Below are positions 38,265 through 41,391 of a stretch of 41,391 bases of DNA, piece after piece (position 1 is the first letter of the stretch; every line of letters begins with the position of its first letter). The DNA comes from a virus. Lineage: Duplodnaviria > Caudoviricetes. The stretch covers positions 1 to 41,391 of the IMG/VR virus record IMGVR_UViG_3300033076_000709; one strand, given 5' to 3'. A program made the position numbers and the translations under genes. The notes under the pieces were generated by a model. That model was not told the origin of the DNA, did no database searches, and saw nothing but the letters and a program-made list of their open reading frames with translations.

Positions 38265-38290
38265 AAAGGGGCTTAGGCCCCTTTACTTTT
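38265..38290 (+). terminator. Intrinsic terminator ending the structural operon
   Basis: AAAGGGGC-TTAG-GCCCCTTT hairpin followed by ACTTTT, 17 nt after the stop codon. Confidence 0.8.
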
Positions 38291-38310
38291 ATCTAAAATT
38301 CCTGTATACT
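38282..38310 (+). promoter_or_regulatory. Sigma70-like promoter overlapping the terminator tail
   Basis: TTTACT (38282-38287), 17-nt spacer, TATACT (38305-38310); the ATG at 38317 falls at the expected +1. Confidence 0.55.
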
Positions 38311-38316
38311 GTTTCA

Positions 38317-38622
38317 ATGACAACAGAAAATATTGTAGCCCATGCACGGGCACGTTTTGATCACGAATCGGCAAAACGAATACTAAAAGAAAAATATCAA
38401 GCCAAAATGATATTTGCCTACAACGGCGGTATGTTTTCGGCGGGTCCTGAACTTCAAATGACTGTGCTGACATGTCCAGACTCAGAAGCAGTTATTTTAG
38501 ACTTATACGGCAATCCTGTAAAAGTGCAGACACGCGAATTATTAGCATTAAGCCAGCAACGTTGGCAGGAACAAATGAATGCTTGGTTAGTGGAATTTGA
38601 AGAATTGAGTAAACAACGATGA
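38317..38622 (+). CDS. Hypothetical protein (101 aa)
   Basis: Clean ORF heading a translationally coupled run of genes (ATGA overlap); no recognisable motif. Confidence 0.7.
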   Translation: MTTENIVAHARARFDHESAKRILKEKYQAKMIFAYNGGMFSAGPELQMTVLTCPDSEAVILDLYGNPVKVQTRELLALSQQRWQEQMNAWLVEFEELSKQR

Positions 38623-39428
38623 CCACAGGCGCACTTATATTTGCGTTCAACAATGAAAAAACTGATTACGTTAAAATGGCCACTTGGAGTGCTGAAAGGA
38701 TTCGTGCGCACCTCTCCATTCCGGTTGCAATCGTCACAGATTCAACAGATAACGGACTACATCAACAATTTGAGCATGTCATTTACGCGGGAGCCCAAAC
38801 CGGGGGTTCGAGATACTTTGAAGATTATGGCGACACTGTGTCATGGCACAACGCCGGACGAACAGATGCTTACAGTTTATCTCCATTTGAACAAACCCTT
38901 GTCCTGGATTCCGATTACGTTGTCTGTGGGGACCAACTCCGACAAGTCCTGACTGCCCCGCAGGACTTTTTAGCACACAGAGCAGCGTTTAATGTCGCTC
39001 GTCCCGACGAACCATTTTTAGATACATTTGGGCGCAACAAGTTTCCTATGTGGTGGGCAACTGTGATGATGTTCCGCAAGAGCCCTACTGCACAATATAT
39101 CTTTGATTGCATGGAAATGATCAAAAACAACTGGCAGCACTACAGGAACTTATATGGAATAACAGAACACAATTACCGCAACGACTACTCCTTGAGTATT
39201 GCACTGGGTATTGTGTCTGGGCATACACTCAAAGTAGATAGTATTCCCTGGCCGTTGTTTAGTGTAATGCCGGACACTGAATTGTCTAGAGACTCCTATG
39301 GCTCTGCTGAAGCATGGATTATGAAGTATGCAGGAAGGGACGGAAAACCCAAAAGTGTCAGCATCGCAGGGCAAGACTTTCATGCCATGGGTAAAAAGTA
39401 TTTGGAGGCAGTGATTGCAAGTAATTGA
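38619..39428 (+). CDS. Glycosyltransferase-like protein (GT-A fold, GT8-like)
   Basis: GALIFAFN...DYVKMA...IPVAIVTD, SPFEQTLVLDSD (DxD), WATVMMFRKS, RNDY and late FHAMGK motifs. Confidence 0.7.
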   Translation: MTTGALIFAFNNEKTDYVKMATWSAERIRAHLSIPVAIVTDSTDNGLHQQFEHVIYAGAQTGGSRYFEDYGDTVSWHNAGRTDAYSLSPFEQTLVLDSDYVVCGDQLRQVLTAPQDFLAHRAAFNVARPDEPFLDTFGRNKFPMWWATVMMFRKSPTAQYIFDCMEMIKNNWQHYRNLYGITEHNYRNDYSLSIALGIVSGHTLKVDSIPWPLFSVMPDTELSRDSYGSAEAWIMKYAGRDGKPKSVSIAGQDFHAMGKKYLEAVIASN

Positions 39429-40191
39429 AGAACGCGGATATATTATCCCTGCATTTAACACAGGATCAGTTGACTATGTTGACTGTGCTAGGGCTTTGGC
39501 TAAAACGCTGCTGATGCGGCACCCTGATGCTAGAATCTGTTTGTTAACAAACGAAAAGTATGCCGCTGATCCTCACCTGTTTGCTTACACACATATAGTA
39601 GAAGATATTGATACAGAAAATCCCTATGCCAACGATCCTCTAGTATTCAGTCATACCCCATTTAGACAAACAATCAAACTAGAAGCAGACATGATGGTTG
39701 CCAGTGCTGTGGATCATTTGTGGACCTTGTTTGAACACCGTGACGTTGTGATCAGTCAAGGCGCAAGAGATTTCTATGACCAACCTGCTGCCAGTAGAAA
39801 GTATCGTAAGATTTTCGATGTCAACAACTTGCCCGATGTCTACAATGCTGTGACGTATTGGCGTGTGAGCAAGACTGCTACAGATTTCTTTAAACTTGTT
39901 AAGAAAATCTTTTCAAACTGGAGTTCTTACAAGACTTTGTTAAAGTTTCCTGAGGATGTTCCGTCGACAGATGTAGTGTATGCCATGGCCGCGCAAATCA
40001 TGGGCCCTGAGCAGGTTACACTACCGCCGGACTTGGGCCCACAAATTGTGCATATGAAAGCAGGCATGAGTCCCTTCTCAGCGCCAGCTTGGACCGACGA
40101 ACTTGTGTGGGAAGCCAATCCCTTGCGCATACAAACAGTGGCACAATGGGGCTTTGTTCATTTACATGTCAAGGATCGCATCAATGAATGA
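39415..40191 (+). CDS. Glycosyltransferase-like protein (GT-A fold), paralog of the upstream gene
   Basis: GYIIPAFN...DYVDCARALAKTL...ICLLT, TPFRQTIKLEAD (ExD in place of DxD), YNAVTYWR, STDVVYA and IVHMK motifs. Confidence 0.7.
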   Translation: MQVIEERGYIIPAFNTGSVDYVDCARALAKTLLMRHPDARICLLTNEKYAADPHLFAYTHIVEDIDTENPYANDPLVFSHTPFRQTIKLEADMMVASAVDHLWTLFEHRDVVISQGARDFYDQPAASRKYRKIFDVNNLPDVYNAVTYWRVSKTATDFFKLVKKIFSNWSSYKTLLKFPEDVPSTDVVYAMAAQIMGPEQVTLPPDLGPQIVHMKAGMSPFSAPAWTDELVWEANPLRIQTVAQWGFVHLHVKDRINE

Positions 40192-40531
40192 AACCACTGA
40201 AAACTTTTGGCAAGTATTCAACAACTTGGAACCCTGGCAACCACCTGTGATATTCTGGAGACTGCACCACGACGAAAAGGGCGATCCATTGTTTTACACA
40301 CAGGAAGATAAACCAGGTAATTACATTAACGTAACCCCTGAACAATATCAACGTGCCAGTATGAACGTCCGGGTACGTAACGGGCAGTTGGTAGAACTAA
40401 GAACTAACCGCACAAAGAAGCTGATGCCCAGCGAAACAGGAACACCTTGCTATCCCACAGATGTTAGCATTGTTGTTCCACCGGACACGGAGCATCAGTG
40501 CTGGAGATTAAAAACAAATGACACAAATTGA
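40184..40531 (+). CDS. Hypothetical protein (115 aa)
   Basis: Start moved to the ATG at 40184, which overlaps the upstream stop; fills the operon. Confidence 0.7.
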   Translation: MNETTENFWQVFNNLEPWQPPVIFWRLHHDEKGDPLFYTQEDKPGNYINVTPEQYQRASMNVRVRNGQLVELRTNRTKKLMPSETGTPCYPTDVSIVVPPDTEHQCWRLKTNDTN

Positions 40532-41104
40532 TTATTTTGACAATCGTCTTAGATTTGCAGCTTTAACTCCGGCAGCTATTTTTGCTCGAGTCTCTGCGGA
40601 ATAAATTCTACGTCTATTAGACTCGGCTATTTTTTCTTTAGCCTCAATTGTGTGTTTGTATTCCCCAGACTTTCCTTTTCGGTGCGTATTTCTACCTTTG
40701 AGTTTATTAGATATTTGTTGTTTTAACTCTTCACTCATTGGGCCTTTGGTTTTCCCTTTTGCAGAAGCAGATATTTTTGCTCGTGTTTCTATGCTTCGAA
40801 TTGCACCATTTCCACCTTCGCCTCCGTCGGTGAGATTTCTTAAAATACCTGTTCCGAGGTCTTTACGTCCATACCACCGAATCATTCTGCGTTCTAGTGC
40901 AAGAGCGCCGAGCTCGGTTAAGTTAGCTTCTAAAAATACAATTCTGGATTTATCTTTTGGGCAGTTTGTCCGTTCTCTAGATTTAATTTTAATCCAGGCT
41001 CGTAATCCTTTGCCTTTACCTATATAATAAGGGGTATTATCTTCTCTTAGATATGCGTATACATAAAACCCGTTGGGAGGGTTAGTTTTATTATAAGTAT
41101 TCAT
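40532..41104 (-). CDS. Free-standing GIY-YIG homing endonuclease with four NUMOD3-like repeats
   Basis: FYVYAY...PYYIGKG...R...ALALERRMI...[10 protein letters not shown]; repeats [30 protein letters not shown] and [10 protein letters not shown]; AAGGAG 8 nt before the ATG at 41104. Confidence 0.9.
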   Translation of the reverse strand: MNTYNKTNPPNGFYVYAYLREDNTPYYIGKGKGLRAWIKIKSRERTNCPKDKSRIVFLEANLTELGALALERRMIRWYGRKDLGTGILRNLTDGGEGGNGAIRSIETRAKISASAKGKTKGPMSEELKQQISNKLKGRNTHRKGKSGEYKHTIEAKEKIAESNRRRIYSAETRAKIAAGVKAANLRRLSK

Positions 41105-41205
41105 GCTGATTGCTCCTTGTAGCATTAGAGCCGGTGGATGCTTCCAACATCGCGACTGGCACCTATATTTAGCAATGGAAAATAAAAATTATGAAATCTG
41201 TAGAT
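40533..41205 (-). mobile_element. Homing endonuclease cassette inserted antisense into the glycosyltransferase operon
   Basis: Opposite orientation to the flanking genes and has its own promoter and leader; removing it in silico restores an in-frame MTQID-IADLD gene start. Confidence 0.55.
41105..41173 (-). promoter_or_regulatory. Late-type promoter (GCTAAATA) and structured 5' leader of the endonuclease
   Basis: TAAATA at 41171-41166, then GCCAGU...GAUG-UUGGAAG-CAUC...ACCGGC, then a UGCU-ACAAGG-AGCA hairpin covering the Shine-Dalgarno. Confidence 0.55.
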
Positions 41206-41391
41206 ATTGCCGACTTGGATGTCGTGGTACTTACCTATGACGAGCCACAAAAAGAAGAGCATTGGGTTAAGATTAAGAACATGGTGCCTTGGGCCAAACG
41301 GGTGGATGGCGTACAGGGCAGCGATGCTGCTCACAAAGCAGCGGCACAGGCCTCGGATACAGCCAGATTTATTCTCATCGATGGCGACAAC
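41191..41391 (+). CDS. Glycosyltransferase-like protein, 5' part (runs off the window)
   Basis: Not in the ORF track: MKSVDIADLDVVVLTYDEPQKEEHW...RVDGVQGSDAAHKAAAQASDTARFILIDGDN, a GT2-like N-terminus with DGD (DxD); open to the window end. Confidence 0.75.
   Translation, partial: MKSVDIADLDVVVLTYDEPQKEEHWVKIKNMVPWAKRVDGVQGSDAAHKAAAQASDTARFILIDGDN

Noticed and set aside
7824-41125. ORF-track start positions 7859, 8818, 17342, 40103 and 41125
   Set aside because: These extend into neighbouring genes or promoters. Starts at 7823, 8839, 17393, 40184 and 41104 fit translational coupling, promoter position or Shine-Dalgarno spacing better.
40533-41205. Group I intron carrying the endonuclease
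   Set aside because: The ORF is antisense to the host gene and fills nearly the whole insert, leaving no room for a P3-P9 core; the downstream gene has its own ATG.
905-41334. Many short ORFs in the track overlapping long genes (e.g. 905-1201, 6153-6471, 9345-9911, 15888-17442, those within 21240-35141, 38454-39461, 40650-41027, 41125-41334)
   Set aside because: Antisense or off-frame shadows of well-supported genes, with no motifs or ribosome-binding sites. 41125-41334 is antisense to the real partial GT gene starting at 41191.
238-41391. Stop-codon reassignment (none of the called genes ends in TAG)
   Set aside because: Genes are full-length and densely packed under the standard code, including a 13.9-kb ORF with no in-frame TAG or TGA. 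TAG avoidance alone is not evidence of recoding.

Overview
A 41.4-kb segment of a large T4-like (contractile-tailed, probably jumbo) phage genome, split into two divergent blocks at about 8740-8838. The minus-strand block carries a gp55-like late sigma factor, a sulfotransferase-like gene, the gp47/gp46 (Mre11/Rad50-type) recombination nuclease pair, three radical SAM proteins and a GIY-YIG nuclease. It ends in an ORF-free, helix-rich region (1-225) that looks like an unassigned structured non-coding RNA cut off by the window edge. The plus-strand block is a late baseplate/tail operon: a degenerate cupin, a tube-initiator-like protein, gp53-, hub-, gp5-, gp25- and gp6-like proteins, a 4633-aa giant virion protein and fibre proteins. 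A glycosyltransferase cluster follows, interrupted by an antisense GIY-YIG/NUMOD3 homing endonuclease cassette. The most interesting signals are the candidate ncRNA, the endonuclease cassette (it appears to have split a gene start, supplied a new one, and carries face-to-face promoters around a structured leader), a symmetrically duplicated Rad50 coiled coil, a GGTAAATA late promoter giving nearly leaderless mRNAs, and a possible virion or host-surface glycosylation system. All family calls come from motif recognition by eye; no database searches were run.
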